DNA from: Candidatus Krumholzibacteriia bacterium
Lineage (GTDB): Bacteria; Krumholzibacteriota; Krumholzibacteriia; Krumholzibacteriales; Krumholzibacteriaceae
NCBI GenBank assembly: GCA_963836185.1
Contig: CAWIIQ010000001.1
Location: 1 to 64,000, forward strand
Length of the DNA stretch: 64,000 nucleotides
Direction: 5' to 3'
Every line of letters starts with the position of its first letter. Positions within the stretch are counted from its first letter, which is position 1. The notes under the pieces are model-generated. The model had not been told where the DNA came from. It saw nothing but the letters and a program-made list of their open reading frames with translations, and made no database searches. A program made the translations under genes and the position numbers. Below are positions 55,384 to 64,000 of the stretch, piece after piece.

Positions 55384-56602
55384 GGGGGATGGTGGCCTCG
55401 AAGGCAGAAAGATCCTTCTAGTCGTCACCGGGGGAATTTCCGCTTACAAGTCCGCTTTTCTCGTCCGGTTGCTCGTGCGGGCAGGTGCGGTCGTCAGGGT
55501 GCTGATGACGGACGCGGCCACCAGGTTCGTTACTCCGCTTACATTCGAGGTCCTTTCAGGGAATCCCGTCCCGATGGAGATGTTCGCCTCGCGCACGGAC
55601 GCGCCGGTAGAGCATGTCGACCTCGCAGTATGGGCCGACGCAGTCGTCATCGCGCCGGCTACAGCTGATTTCATCGGAAAGGTCGCCGGCGGGATCGCCG
55701 ACGATCTCCCCTCTACGGTCGTCTGCGCCGCCAGGTGCCCCGTCTGGCTCGCCCCGGCGATGAATGACGGTATGTGGGACAACCCCGCCGTCAGGCGCAA
55801 CATCGGCCTCCTCGCCGGTGACGGCAGGCATATCATAGAGCCTGGCGAGGGAGACCTTGCCTGCGGCACAAGTGGCGCAGGCAGGATGGCCGAGCCCTGC
55901 GAGATCGTGTCGAGGCTTCGATCGTCCTTCGGCCCGGGGCCGCTCGAGGGAGTCCGCGTGCTCGTCACGGCGGGACGGACTGAAGAGGATATCGACCCGG
56001 TAAGATATATATCGAACCGCTCGAGCGGGAAGATGGGATTCGCGCTCGCCCGCCGAGCGACTGAGCTCGGCGCGAAAGTGACGCTTATTCACGGGCCGGT
56101 GGATGTCGCCCCTCCCGCGGTGAGCAGTGTGACCCGCGTCGGCAGTTCGGCGGAGATGAAGAAAGCGGTAACGAAGGCTTTCCCGGGATGCGATATGCTT
56201 ATCATGGCCGCCGCGGTCGCCGACTATACACCGGCGGGGAAAGCGGGCCGGAAGATCAGGAGGGAAAAGTCCGCGATGTCGCTCGACCTCGAGCCGACAG
56301 CCGACATCCTCGCGGGCCTCGCCGGAAAGAAGAAGACCGGACAGGTCGTCGTCGGGTTCGCGCTCGAGAGCGAAGACGGAGAGGCCTCGGCTCGCAGGAA
56401 GGGGAAGTCGAAGGGTTGCGACTACGTCGTCCTCAATATGATCGGCCGCACAACGGGCTTCGATACCGACACGAACAATGTTACTATATTCAAAGGCGCG
56501 AAAAAGATCGCCGGGACGGACCTCGTGACCAAGTATGAGGCTGCGTCGGCGATTCTCGATATACTGGCTGAAGACGGGCGTGTGAAGAAAGCGGCCGGAT
56601 GA
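55358..56602 (+). CDS. coaBC: Phosphopantothenoylcysteine decarboxylase/ligase (true start may be ATG 55389 with an indel)
   Basis: TGGISAYK, APATAD, PAMN, LACG, DPVRYISNRSSGKMG, AAVADY, VGFALE. Confidence 0.95.
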   Translation: MSSRRSRSKGDGGLEGRKILLVVTGGISAYKSAFLVRLLVRAGAVVRVLMTDAATRFVTPLTFEVLSGNPVPMEMFASRTDAPVEHVDLAVWADAVVIAPATADFIGKVAGGIADDLPSTVVCAARCPVWLAPAMNDGMWDNPAVRRNIGLLAGDGRHIIEPGEGDLACGTSGAGRMAEPCEIVSRLRSSFGPGPLEGVRVLVTAGRTEEDIDPVRYISNRSSGKMGFALARRATELGAKVTLIHGPVDVAPPAVSSVTRVGSSAEMKKAVTKAFPGCDMLIMAAAVADYTPAGKAGRKIRREKSAMSLDLEPTADILAGLAGKKKTGQVVVGFALESEDGEASARRKGKSKGCDYVVLNMIGRTTGFDTDTNNVTIFKGAKKIAGTDLVTKYEAASAILDILAEDGRVKKAAG

Positions 56603-57321
56603 AAGACGCGATCAGGCACCTGAAGCGGCGCGGTTCGCTCTCGGGGGGCGTTATATATGCCGTTCGCGGGGACGAGCCCGTGCAAGTACCGGCGAACGAA
56701 CCTGTGAAGGAAGAGATCATCGTGAAGACCTCACCTGCGAAGCCGGGAGCTCTCGATACCGGCCTCGATGAGCTCGAGAAGATGGTCGCCGGCTGCACGA
56801 AGTGCGCGCTGCACGAGACGCGGACCAGGACCGTTTTTGGCTCAGGCAGCCCGACGGCGGATCTCGTCTTCATCGGGGAGGCCCCTGGAAGGGACGAGGA
56901 CCTGCAGGGAGTGCCGTTCGTCGGAAGGGCGGGCAAGCTCCTGGACAAGATGATCGCGGCGATCGGGTTCACTCGCGAAGATGTATTCATTGCGAATATC
57001 CTCAAGTGCAGGCCGCCGAACAACAGGGACCCGAAAGAAGACGAAGTCGCAGCCTGCGGGAATTATCTTGCCAGGCAGATAGAATTGCTCGACCCGGTTA
57101 TCATCTGCGCCCTAGGAAGGGTCGCCGGGCAGAACCTGCTGGGGAAGAACGAGCCTCTGCGGGTCCTGAGAGAGGGCGAGCATCATTACAACGGGATACG
57201 CGTTATTGTGACATACCACCCCGCGGCCCTGCTGAGGAACCCGAACTGGAAGAAGGGCGCGTGGGAGGATCTGCAGCTGCTCAAGAAGCTGCATGACGAG
57301 TACACGGGAAGCGGAGGGTGA
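56599..57321 (+). CDS. Uracil-DNA glycosylase family 4 (Fe-S)
   Basis: CTKC, GEAPG, PFVGRAG, KCRPPNNR, YHPAALLR. Confidence 0.93.
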   Translation: MKDAIRHLKRRGSLSGGVIYAVRGDEPVQVPANEPVKEEIIVKTSPAKPGALDTGLDELEKMVAGCTKCALHETRTRTVFGSGSPTADLVFIGEAPGRDEDLQGVPFVGRAGKLLDKMIAAIGFTREDVFIANILKCRPPNNRDPKEDEVAACGNYLARQIELLDPVIICALGRVAGQNLLGKNEPLRVLREGEHHYNGIRVIVTYHPAALLRNPNWKKGAWEDLQLLKKLHDEYTGSGG

Positions 57322-57325
57322 TAGA

Positions 57326-58714
57326 ATGGCTCGGGACATGAATCAGACAATGGGCGCAGGCCTCCTTGAGAAGATGCCCCCTCAGGCGACTGAGGCGGAA
57401 AGGGCGGTGCTCGGCGGGATACTGCTCGAGCCGGAAGCGGCGACCCGCGCGATCGAGGTAGTCCTGCCGGAGGCCTTCTACCACCCGGCGCACGCTAGGA
57501 TATACAGGGCGATGATCGCCCTCTTCTCGAAGCATGAGCCGATCGATGTCATGACCCTCTCCGAGGAGATGCGCAAGTCCGGCGACCTCGAGTCGGCCGG
57601 CGGCATCGCCTTTCTCACCGAACTGGTCGACAGCGTGCCGAGCGCCGCGAACATCGAGCATTACGCGAAGATCGTCCTCGACAAGCATATCCTCAGGCAG
57701 CTGATCAGCGCGTCATCTGATATATCACGCGAGTGCTACAGGGCGGAGACTGACGCCGGCTCGATCCTCGACGAGGCCGAGCAGAAGATCTTTCGCGTCT
57801 CGGAATCGAGGGTCAGCCAGGGGTTCGCCCATATCAAGGATATCCTCAAGGAGAGGTTCGAGGAGATACAGCGCGTGCATGAGTCGCGCGAGAGTGTCAC
57901 GGGCCTCGGGACAGGATTCATAGACCTCGACAAGTACACCGCCGGTTTTCATCCGGGCGACATGGTGATCATCGCCGGGCGCCCCTCGATGGGAAAGACG
58001 AGTTTCGCTCTCAATATCGCACAGCATGTAGGCCTCGACGCGAAGAGGCCCGTGGCGATCTTCTCTCTCGAGATGTCCAAGGAACTTCTGGTCCAGAGGC
58101 TCCTGTGCTCGGAGGCGCAGGTCGATGCGCAGAAGGTCCGAAGGGGATTCACGTCGGCCAAGGACATAGAGCGGCTCACCAACGCCGCAGGCCTGCTCTC
58201 GGAGGCGCCGATATTCATCGACGATACGCCCGCCATCACTACGCTCGACATCAGGGCGAGGGCAAGGCGGCTGAAGGTCGAGAGGGACATCTCGATGATA
58301 GTAGTAGATTACCTGCAGCTCGCCCGAACTAGCGAGAGGATAGAGAACAGGCAGCAGGAGATCTCATCGATCTCGAGATCGATGAAGGCGCTCGCGAAGG
58401 AGCTCGGCGTGCCGGTCGTCGCGCTGTCCCAGCTCTCCAGAGCGGTCGAGGCCCGCGGCGGGGACAAGAGGCCGATGCTCTCCGACCTCAGAGAATCGGG
58501 AGCGATCGAGCAGGATGCCGACCTTGTCCTCTTCCTCTACAGGCCCGAGTTCTACGATCCGGGCGATCCGGAAAAGGAAGGCAAGGCCGAGCTGATCATC
58601 GGAAAGCAGAGGAACGGTCCTACCGGAACCGTCAACCTGATGTTCGAGAAACAGTACACGAGATTCCTCTCACTCGATACGTCCCACGTGCCCGAACAGG
58701 ACGGGGTATTCTGA
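57326..58714 (+). CDS. dnaB: Replicative DNA helicase
   Basis: GRPSMGKT, FSLEM, VDYLQL, SQLSR, DLRESGAIEQDAD, KQRNGP; no intein. Confidence 0.98.
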   Translation: MARDMNQTMGAGLLEKMPPQATEAERAVLGGILLEPEAATRAIEVVLPEAFYHPAHARIYRAMIALFSKHEPIDVMTLSEEMRKSGDLESAGGIAFLTELVDSVPSAANIEHYAKIVLDKHILRQLISASSDISRECYRAETDAGSILDEAEQKIFRVSESRVSQGFAHIKDILKERFEEIQRVHESRESVTGLGTGFIDLDKYTAGFHPGDMVIIAGRPSMGKTSFALNIAQHVGLDAKRPVAIFSLEMSKELLVQRLLCSEAQVDAQKVRRGFTSAKDIERLTNAAGLLSEAPIFIDDTPAITTLDIRARARRLKVERDISMIVVDYLQLARTSERIENRQQEISSISRSMKALAKELGVPVVALSQLSRAVEARGGDKRPMLSDLRESGAIEQDADLVLFLYRPEFYDPGDPEKEGKAELIIGKQRNGPTGTVNLMFEKQYTRFLSLDTSHVPEQDGVF

Positions 58715-58727
58715 CCGGAGGCGCCTT

Positions 58728-59516
58728 TTGGGGATCTTTGCGATACTGGGAAGGTTCTTCCTTGGATTCATAGAGGAGGTAGGCGGTATCTGCCTCCTTC
58801 TCTGGCGCGTGGCCCGTATTTCCCCCCGGATCTTCAGAAACATAGGCAACACCCTCATCCAGATGGAGAAGATCGGCATCGGCTCGATCCCGCTCGTAAT
58901 CGTCACCTCGATTTTCGTCGGGGCGGTTGCGTCGGTCCAGGCGGCCTACCAGTTCCAGGGTTATGTTCCGCTGAGGTTCCTCGGCGCGGTCGTCGGCAAG
59001 TCGGTGACCCTCGAGGTCGGCCCGGTGCTCACCGCGCTCGTTGTTGGCGGTCGCGTGAGCGCTGCGATCGCGGCGGAAGTAGGGACGATGAAGGTGACCG
59101 AGCAGATCGACGCGATGGAGATGATCGCGATCGACCCGGTCGAGTACCTTGTGCTCCCGAGGCTTGTCGCCGCGACACTGATGCTCCCAGTGCTGACCGT
59201 CTTCGCCGATTTTCTCGCGATCCTCGGAGGGATGGTGGTAGCCAATCTCGCCGTCGGCGTAAGCTTCAATGCCTTTGAGGAAGGGTTGACGATGTTCTTC
59301 AAGTACCAGGACGTAGTCGGCGGCCTTCTCAAGACTTTTACATTCGGATTCATAATAGCGCTCATGGGGTGCTACAACGGATTCAGGACGCAGGGCGGGG
59401 CCGAAGGAGTCGGCATATCCACGATGAAAGCGGTAGTCTCGTCGTGCCTTCTCATACTTGTCGCGAATTACCTTCTCGCGTTCCTGATATTCAACGTGTT
59501 GTTCGGAGCGGATTAA
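58728..59516 (+). CDS. mlaE: MlaE lipid ABC permease
   Basis: EVGPVLTAL, GTMKVTEQIDAM, GGAEGVG. Confidence 0.92.
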   Translation: MGIFAILGRFFLGFIEEVGGICLLLWRVARISPRIFRNIGNTLIQMEKIGIGSIPLVIVTSIFVGAVASVQAAYQFQGYVPLRFLGAVVGKSVTLEVGPVLTALVVGGRVSAAIAAEVGTMKVTEQIDAMEMIAIDPVEYLVLPRLVAATLMLPVLTVFADFLAILGGMVVANLAVGVSFNAFEEGLTMFFKYQDVVGGLLKTFTFGFIIALMGCYNGFRTQGGAEGVGISTMKAVVSSCLLILVANYLLAFLIFNVLFGAD

Positions 59517-59520
59517 CGGG

Positions 59521-60309
59521 ATGCGGAACGGAGCGGTTTTGAACGAGCCATGCGAAGGGCCGATCATCAGAATCAGGGACATCCACAAGCAATTCGGCAT
59601 GCTGGATGTACTCACCGGTGTCGACCTCGATATCACCTCGTGCGAGTCGCTCGTGATCCTCGGGCGCAGCGGATGCGGGAAGAGCGTTCTTCTGAAGCAT
59701 ATCACAGGGCTGATAAGCCCCGACCAAGGATCGATCATGTTCGAAGGCGAGGACATCACGAAGTTCAACAGGCAAAAGCTTTTTGAGATGAGAAAACACT
59801 TTGGTATGCTTTTTCAGGGCGCGGCACTCTTTGATTCGATGACGGTCGGCGAGAATGTAGGGCTGCCACTGGCGAAGCACGGGCACAAGTCGGACGAGGA
59901 GATCAGGGAGGTCGTGCTCGAGAAGCTCAAGCTCATCGGCCTGACCGACGTGATCGAAAGCTATCCTTCTCAGCTCAGCGGCGGGATGAAGAAAAGGGTC
60001 GGCCTGGCGAGAGCGATAGTGATGGACCCGCAGGTCGTGCTGTACGACGAGCCGACTACCGGCCTGGACCCGATCATGGCCGATGTCATAAACAGCCTGA
60101 TAAGGGATCTTCAGCACGAGCTGAAGATAACATCGGTAGTCGTGACACATGACATCAACAGCGCCTACAGGGTCGCCGACAGGATGACGATGCTTCACGA
60201 GGGGAAGATCATATATTCAGGGACACCGGAAGAGACGAAAGAGACGGACAACGCTATCGTAAGGCAGTTCATCGAGGGGCGCGCGGAGGGCCCCGTCAGG
60301 GCCGTATAG
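59521..60309 (+). CDS. mlaF: MlaF-type ABC ATPase
   Basis: GRSGCGKS, FQGAALFDSM, LSGGMKKRV, YDEPTTGLDP. Confidence 0.92.
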   Translation: MRNGAVLNEPCEGPIIRIRDIHKQFGMLDVLTGVDLDITSCESLVILGRSGCGKSVLLKHITGLISPDQGSIMFEGEDITKFNRQKLFEMRKHFGMLFQGAALFDSMTVGENVGLPLAKHGHKSDEEIREVVLEKLKLIGLTDVIESYPSQLSGGMKKRVGLARAIVMDPQVVLYDEPTTGLDPIMADVINSLIRDLQHELKITSVVVTHDINSAYRVADRMTMLHEGKIIYSGTPEETKETDNAIVRQFIEGRAEGPVRAV

Positions 60310-60331
60310 AAACGGATATCAGGAGAGGCAG

Positions 60332-61225
60332 ATGAAATACAAATCACTCGAGCTGAAAGTCGGATTCACGGTCTTTATCGCCATACTGGCATTCTCCTTC
60401 GGGATGATGTGGCTCGAGGGATTCAAGCTGCGCGGCGAAAGGTACGAGGTGCACGCCGTCTTCCCGATGGTGGGAGGTGTCAACTCCGGCGATGCAGTCA
60501 ACGTGAACGGCGTCGAGAGGGGAGAGGTTACGAAGGTCAGCCTTCGCGATCGCGACGTGATCGTGACGATGTCTATCGATATCGAGACGAAGATACCCGA
60601 GGATTCGAAGGTCGTGCTGCAGACGCAGGGGATAATGGGCGAGCGCATCGTCACGATCATCGTCGGCCGGTCCGAGGTGATCATGGAGCCGGGCTCGATG
60701 ATCGAAGGCGTATACGACCCGGGGATCTCTGAAGCACTGTCATCGATGGGAAAGGTGATGGAGGACCTGCACTGGCTGACATCTGATATCAGGGAGATCG
60801 CCCAGGTACTCAGGGGAGAGGAGATCGCCGAGACTCTGAGAAATCTCGCCGACGCCAGCGAAGAGATGACAGTCCTGATCCGGGACCTCTCGCCCGATCT
60901 CAAGATGGGGGCGGCCGCTTTCAGTTCGTCGGCCGTCAGGGCGGACTCGATGATGGCCCGCAACGAGTCGAAGTTCGACAGCATCATCGTCAATCTTGAC
61001 GAGGCGACGAAGAAGATGCCGGCTCTCGCGGAGAGCCTCGAAGAGTTGACCGTCGCACTGAAGGATGTGACCGACAGGCTCAGGAGCACCGACAACACGA
61101 TGGGGACGCTGCTCAACGACAAGGAACTGCTGATCAAGCTCGAAGCTGCCATCACGGGCCTCGACGAGCTTGTCACCGATATTAAGGCAAATCCAAAGAA
61201 GTATCTCAAGGTCGAGGTATTCTAG
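60332..61225 (+). CDS. mlaD: MlaD/MCE-family protein with helical extension
   Basis: N-terminal TM; VNVNGVERGEV, GIMGERIV; DIKANPKKY. Confidence 0.9.
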   Translation: MKYKSLELKVGFTVFIAILAFSFGMMWLEGFKLRGERYEVHAVFPMVGGVNSGDAVNVNGVERGEVTKVSLRDRDVIVTMSIDIETKIPEDSKVVLQTQGIMGERIVTIIVGRSEVIMEPGSMIEGVYDPGISEALSSMGKVMEDLHWLTSDIREIAQVLRGEEIAETLRNLADASEEMTVLIRDLSPDLKMGAAAFSSSAVRADSMMARNESKFDSIIVNLDEATKKMPALAESLEELTVALKDVTDRLRSTDNTMGTLLNDKELLIKLEAAITGLDELVTDIKANPKKYLKVEVF

Positions 61226-61241
61226 AAGGAGACAACCGAGG

Positions 61242-61958
61242 ATGACTGAGGAGAAGATAGTATGCCTCGTCGCGGCGGCGGGGAAAGGTAAAAGGTTCGG
61301 GCGGGAGACGCCCAAGACATTTCACGCGGTCGAGGGGCTGACCCTCCTCGTCAGGTCGCTCAAGAGCCTCGGCGCATGGGACGGGATATCGCGTTTCGTC
61401 GTGATGGTGCCGGAAGGATGGGAGAAGCAGGCGGAGGATGACCTCGCCGAAAACTTCGACGGCATCGAAGCGAAAGTGGTGGCCGGCGGTGAGACGAGAC
61501 AGGAGTCGGTCGCGATCGGGCTGGAGGCCGCCGGCGACGCGGATATCGTCCTCGTGCACGACGCGGCGAGGCCGTTCGTCTCTCCGGCGCTGATAGAGCG
61601 GGTGGTCGAGGGCGTGCGTGAGACGGGAGCTGCGGTGCCGGCCCTGCACATGACCGACACACTCGGGAGGCTGAGGGGGGAGGAACTCGACGCGATAGTC
61701 CCCAGGGACAAGGTAGTCGGGATACAGACCCCGCAGGGCTTCCGGACCGGAGTCCTCAGGAAAGCCTTCGAGGCCGCGGAAGGGTCGGAGCAGAAGATGA
61801 CCGATGAGAGTTCCCTCGTGCTGGCCGCCGGGATGCCGGTAAAGGTGGTCGACGGCGAGAGGTGGAACGTCAAGGTGACGGTCAAGGACGATATCGATAT
61901 AGTGATGAGTTTTCTTTCCGGAACGACGCTCGATCTCGAGTGCCTCGATGAAGGCTGA
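61242..61958 (+). CDS. ispD: MEP cytidylyltransferase
   Basis: AAGKGKRFG, GGETRQESV, VHDAARP, QTPQGF, TDES. Confidence 0.95.
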   Translation: MTEEKIVCLVAAAGKGKRFGRETPKTFHAVEGLTLLVRSLKSLGAWDGISRFVVMVPEGWEKQAEDDLAENFDGIEAKVVAGGETRQESVAIGLEAAGDADIVLVHDAARPFVSPALIERVVEGVRETGAAVPALHMTDTLGRLRGEELDAIVPRDKVVGIQTPQGFRTGVLRKAFEAAEGSEQKMTDESSLVLAAGMPVKVVDGERWNVKVTVKDDIDIVMSFLSGTTLDLECLDEG

Positions 61959-61969
61959 CAGGCGGCAGG

Positions 61970-62446
61970 ATGATGAGAGTCGGAATAGGGTATGACATAC
62001 ATCCGCTGGTCGAGGGAAGGCCGCTCGTGCTCGGCGGGGTACGCCTGGAGCACGGCATGGGCCTCAGCGGCCACTCCGATGCCGACGCGCTCGTGCACGC
62101 TCTGTGCGACGCTATCCTCGGCGCGATGGGCGAGGGCGATCTGGGACGGCATTTCCCGGAGACAGAGGAATTCAGGGATATCGACAGCCTCAGGCTCCTC
62201 GAAAGGGTGGCGGCGATGATGGCGGATAAGGGATACAGGCTCGTAAACGCCGATTGCATCGTCCACGCCGAGCAGCCGGCGATATCTCCTCATTCATCCT
62301 CGATGGCCGGGGCGATGGCCGGGGCGGTGGGAACGGACCCGGGCAGGATCTCGGTGAAGGCGACCAGAGGAGAGGGCCTCGGCCCGGTCGGGGAGAAGCG
62401 CGCCATCGCGGCGAGGGCTGTCGTCCTGATCGAAAAGACTGAATGA
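61970..62446 (+). CDS. ispF: MECDP synthase
   Basis: GIGYDIH, GHSDAD, HALCDA, DLGRHFP, SVKAT. Confidence 0.96.
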   Translation: MMRVGIGYDIHPLVEGRPLVLGGVRLEHGMGLSGHSDADALVHALCDAILGAMGEGDLGRHFPETEEFRDIDSLRLLERVAAMMADKGYRLVNADCIVHAEQPAISPHSSSMAGAMAGAVGTDPGRISVKATRGEGLGPVGEKRAIAARAVVLIEKTE

Positions 62447-62462
62447 TGAAAGGTATTGAGAT

Positions 62463-63911
62463 TTGTCTGATATCAGAGTGAGATTTGCTCCGAGCCCTAC
62501 AGGTCTCCTGCATATAGGCGGAGCGCGGACGGCCCTTTTCAACTGGCTCTTCGCCAGGCACGAGTCGGGGAGTTTCGTGCTGCGGATAGAGGATACCGAT
62601 CTCGAGAGATCCAGCGAGCAGCTCGAACAGGGGTTGCTCGAGGATATCCGCTGGCTCGGGCTCGACTGGGACGAGGGCCCGGGGAAAGACGGAGGGCACG
62701 GCCCTTACCGTCAGTCGGAGCGGACCGGGATCTACAGGGAATATGCGGATAAGCTCGTAGAGAGCGGCCATGCCTATCCATGCTTCTGCACCGATGAGGA
62801 GCTGACGGAGAAGCGCGAGGCCGCGAAGGCGGGCGGGCTCCCTCCGAGGTACGACGGCACGTGCAGGAACTTCGGCGAAGACGAGAAGCGCGGGAAGAGA
62901 GATGCCGGCCTCCCCGAAAGCATCAGGTTCCTCGTCACGGGCGACGAGGTAAGAACAGTCGAGGACATGGCGCGCGGAACGGTCGAGTTCCCTCCGGACA
63001 TGGTCGGCGACTTCGTGATAATGCGCTCGAACGGGATGCCGACATACAACTTTGCCGTAGCGATAGATGACGGCCTAATGGAGATCACGCACGTCGTCAG
63101 GGGAGCGGAGCACCTGTCCAACACGGTCAGGCAGCTCCTCGTCTACGAGGCCCTCGATATGCCGGTCCCGAGGTTCGCGCACATCCCGCTGATCCTGGGA
63201 AGCGACAGGTCGAAGCTGAGCAAGAGACACGGCGCCCCGAACATAGATGACTACAGGAAGAAAGGCTACCCGGCCGAAGCGCTGATCAATTACCTCGCTT
63301 TTCTCGGATGGTCGACGAAGGGTGAGGATGAGATAATGTCGGTCGACGACCTGGTCGCTGAGTTCGAACTGTCGCGCGTATCGGACAGCCCGAGTATATT
63401 CGACGAGGACAAGCTGAACTGGGTCAGCGCCAACCATATCCGCCGGGGCGGCTCAGAGCGCTACCTCGAGCAGGCGATGTCCTTTTTCCCCGAAGAGCTT
63501 ACCGGAAGATACAGCGGCGAAGAGCTCTCGAAGATATTCGACATGGCCGCAGAGAATCTGCCATGCTTCGAGAGGCTTCCCGGTGAGACGGCGTCGTTTA
63601 TGCCGGGCCCTCCCGGATACGACGATGAGGCGCTCGGGACGCTCGCCGGATCAGAGGCAGTGCTCTCCGCGCTGAAGGAGAAGTTCGCTTCTCTTCCCGA
63701 CTGGAGTTACGATCCGCTCAAGGCGGCTATCAAGGAGACCGGCAAGGAGGCTGGAGTCAAGGGCAAGGGACTGTTCATGCCCCTGAGGGTCGCTGTTACC
63801 GGGCTGACCCACGGCCCCGATCTCACTTCGATACTCGTCCTGCGAGGCAGAGAGGATGTGGCTGGATCTATCGGCGCCGCAATCGGGAAAATTTCGAGGC
63901 AGGGGGGATGA
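62463..63911 (+). CDS. gltX: Glutamate-tRNA ligase
   Basis: RFAPSPTGLLHIGG, RIEDTD, KLSKRHG, anticodon domain MPLRVAVTG. Confidence 0.96.
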   Translation: MSDIRVRFAPSPTGLLHIGGARTALFNWLFARHESGSFVLRIEDTDLERSSEQLEQGLLEDIRWLGLDWDEGPGKDGGHGPYRQSERTGIYREYADKLVESGHAYPCFCTDEELTEKREAAKAGGLPPRYDGTCRNFGEDEKRGKRDAGLPESIRFLVTGDEVRTVEDMARGTVEFPPDMVGDFVIMRSNGMPTYNFAVAIDDGLMEITHVVRGAEHLSNTVRQLLVYEALDMPVPRFAHIPLILGSDRSKLSKRHGAPNIDDYRKKGYPAEALINYLAFLGWSTKGEDEIMSVDDLVAEFELSRVSDSPSIFDEDKLNWVSANHIRRGGSERYLEQAMSFFPEELTGRYSGEELSKIFDMAAENLPCFERLPGETASFMPGPPGYDDEALGTLAGSEAVLSALKEKFASLPDWSYDPLKAAIKETGKEAGVKGKGLFMPLRVAVTGLTHGPDLTSILVLRGREDVAGSIGAAIGKISRQGG

Positions 63912-64000
63912 TGAGTAAAAAGAAGAAGATGAATATAGCGGTCCTGATGGGAGGGCTTTCCGAGGAGAGAGAAGTATCCCTGGTCAGCGGGCAGGGAGTG
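63908..64000 (+). CDS. ddl: D-alanine-D-alanine ligase (5' part only; runs off the window)
   Basis: IAVLMGGLSEEREVSLVSG. Confidence 0.85.
   Translation, partial: MMSKKKKMNIAVLMGGLSEEREVSLVSGQGV

Overview
GC-rich bacterial chromosomal window, almost entirely + strand. Gene content (T9SS/FlgD-type C-terminal tail, DUF4159/DUF4175, MlaEFD, SelB) suggests a diderm of the FCB superphylum, such as a Krumholzibacteriota/Latescibacterota-like MAG; this is inference. Layout: 0-4 kb lower-GC secreted beta-propeller proteins; 4-18 kb a giant NtrY-like kinase plus a DUF4159/DUF4175/TPR envelope cluster; 18-29.6 kb mixed metabolism, MazEF, thiL and tsaD; 29.6-38.3 kb a five-gene signalling operon; 38.4-64 kb housekeeping genes (priA, rho, rpmE, prfA, prmC, murA, selB, ispG, rqcH, yicC, gmk, rpoZ, coaBC, udg, dnaB, mlaEFD, ispDF, gltX, ddl). 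Many genes, including essential ones, carry frameshifts that look like uncorrected read indels. Most notable: (1) an operon behind a sigma54-type promoter with REC-GGDEF, a sensorless kinase, two tandem membrane GAF-HisKA-HATPase-GAF-HD-GYP fusions and a REC protein; (2) a candidate ~100-nt sigma54-dependent sRNA at 51.6 kb with an AAGGA hairpin loop and a GNRA-capped terminator; (3) three -24/-12 promoters in intergenic regions alongside an orphan NtrY-like kinase. No rRNA, tRNA, CRISPR array or transposase was seen.
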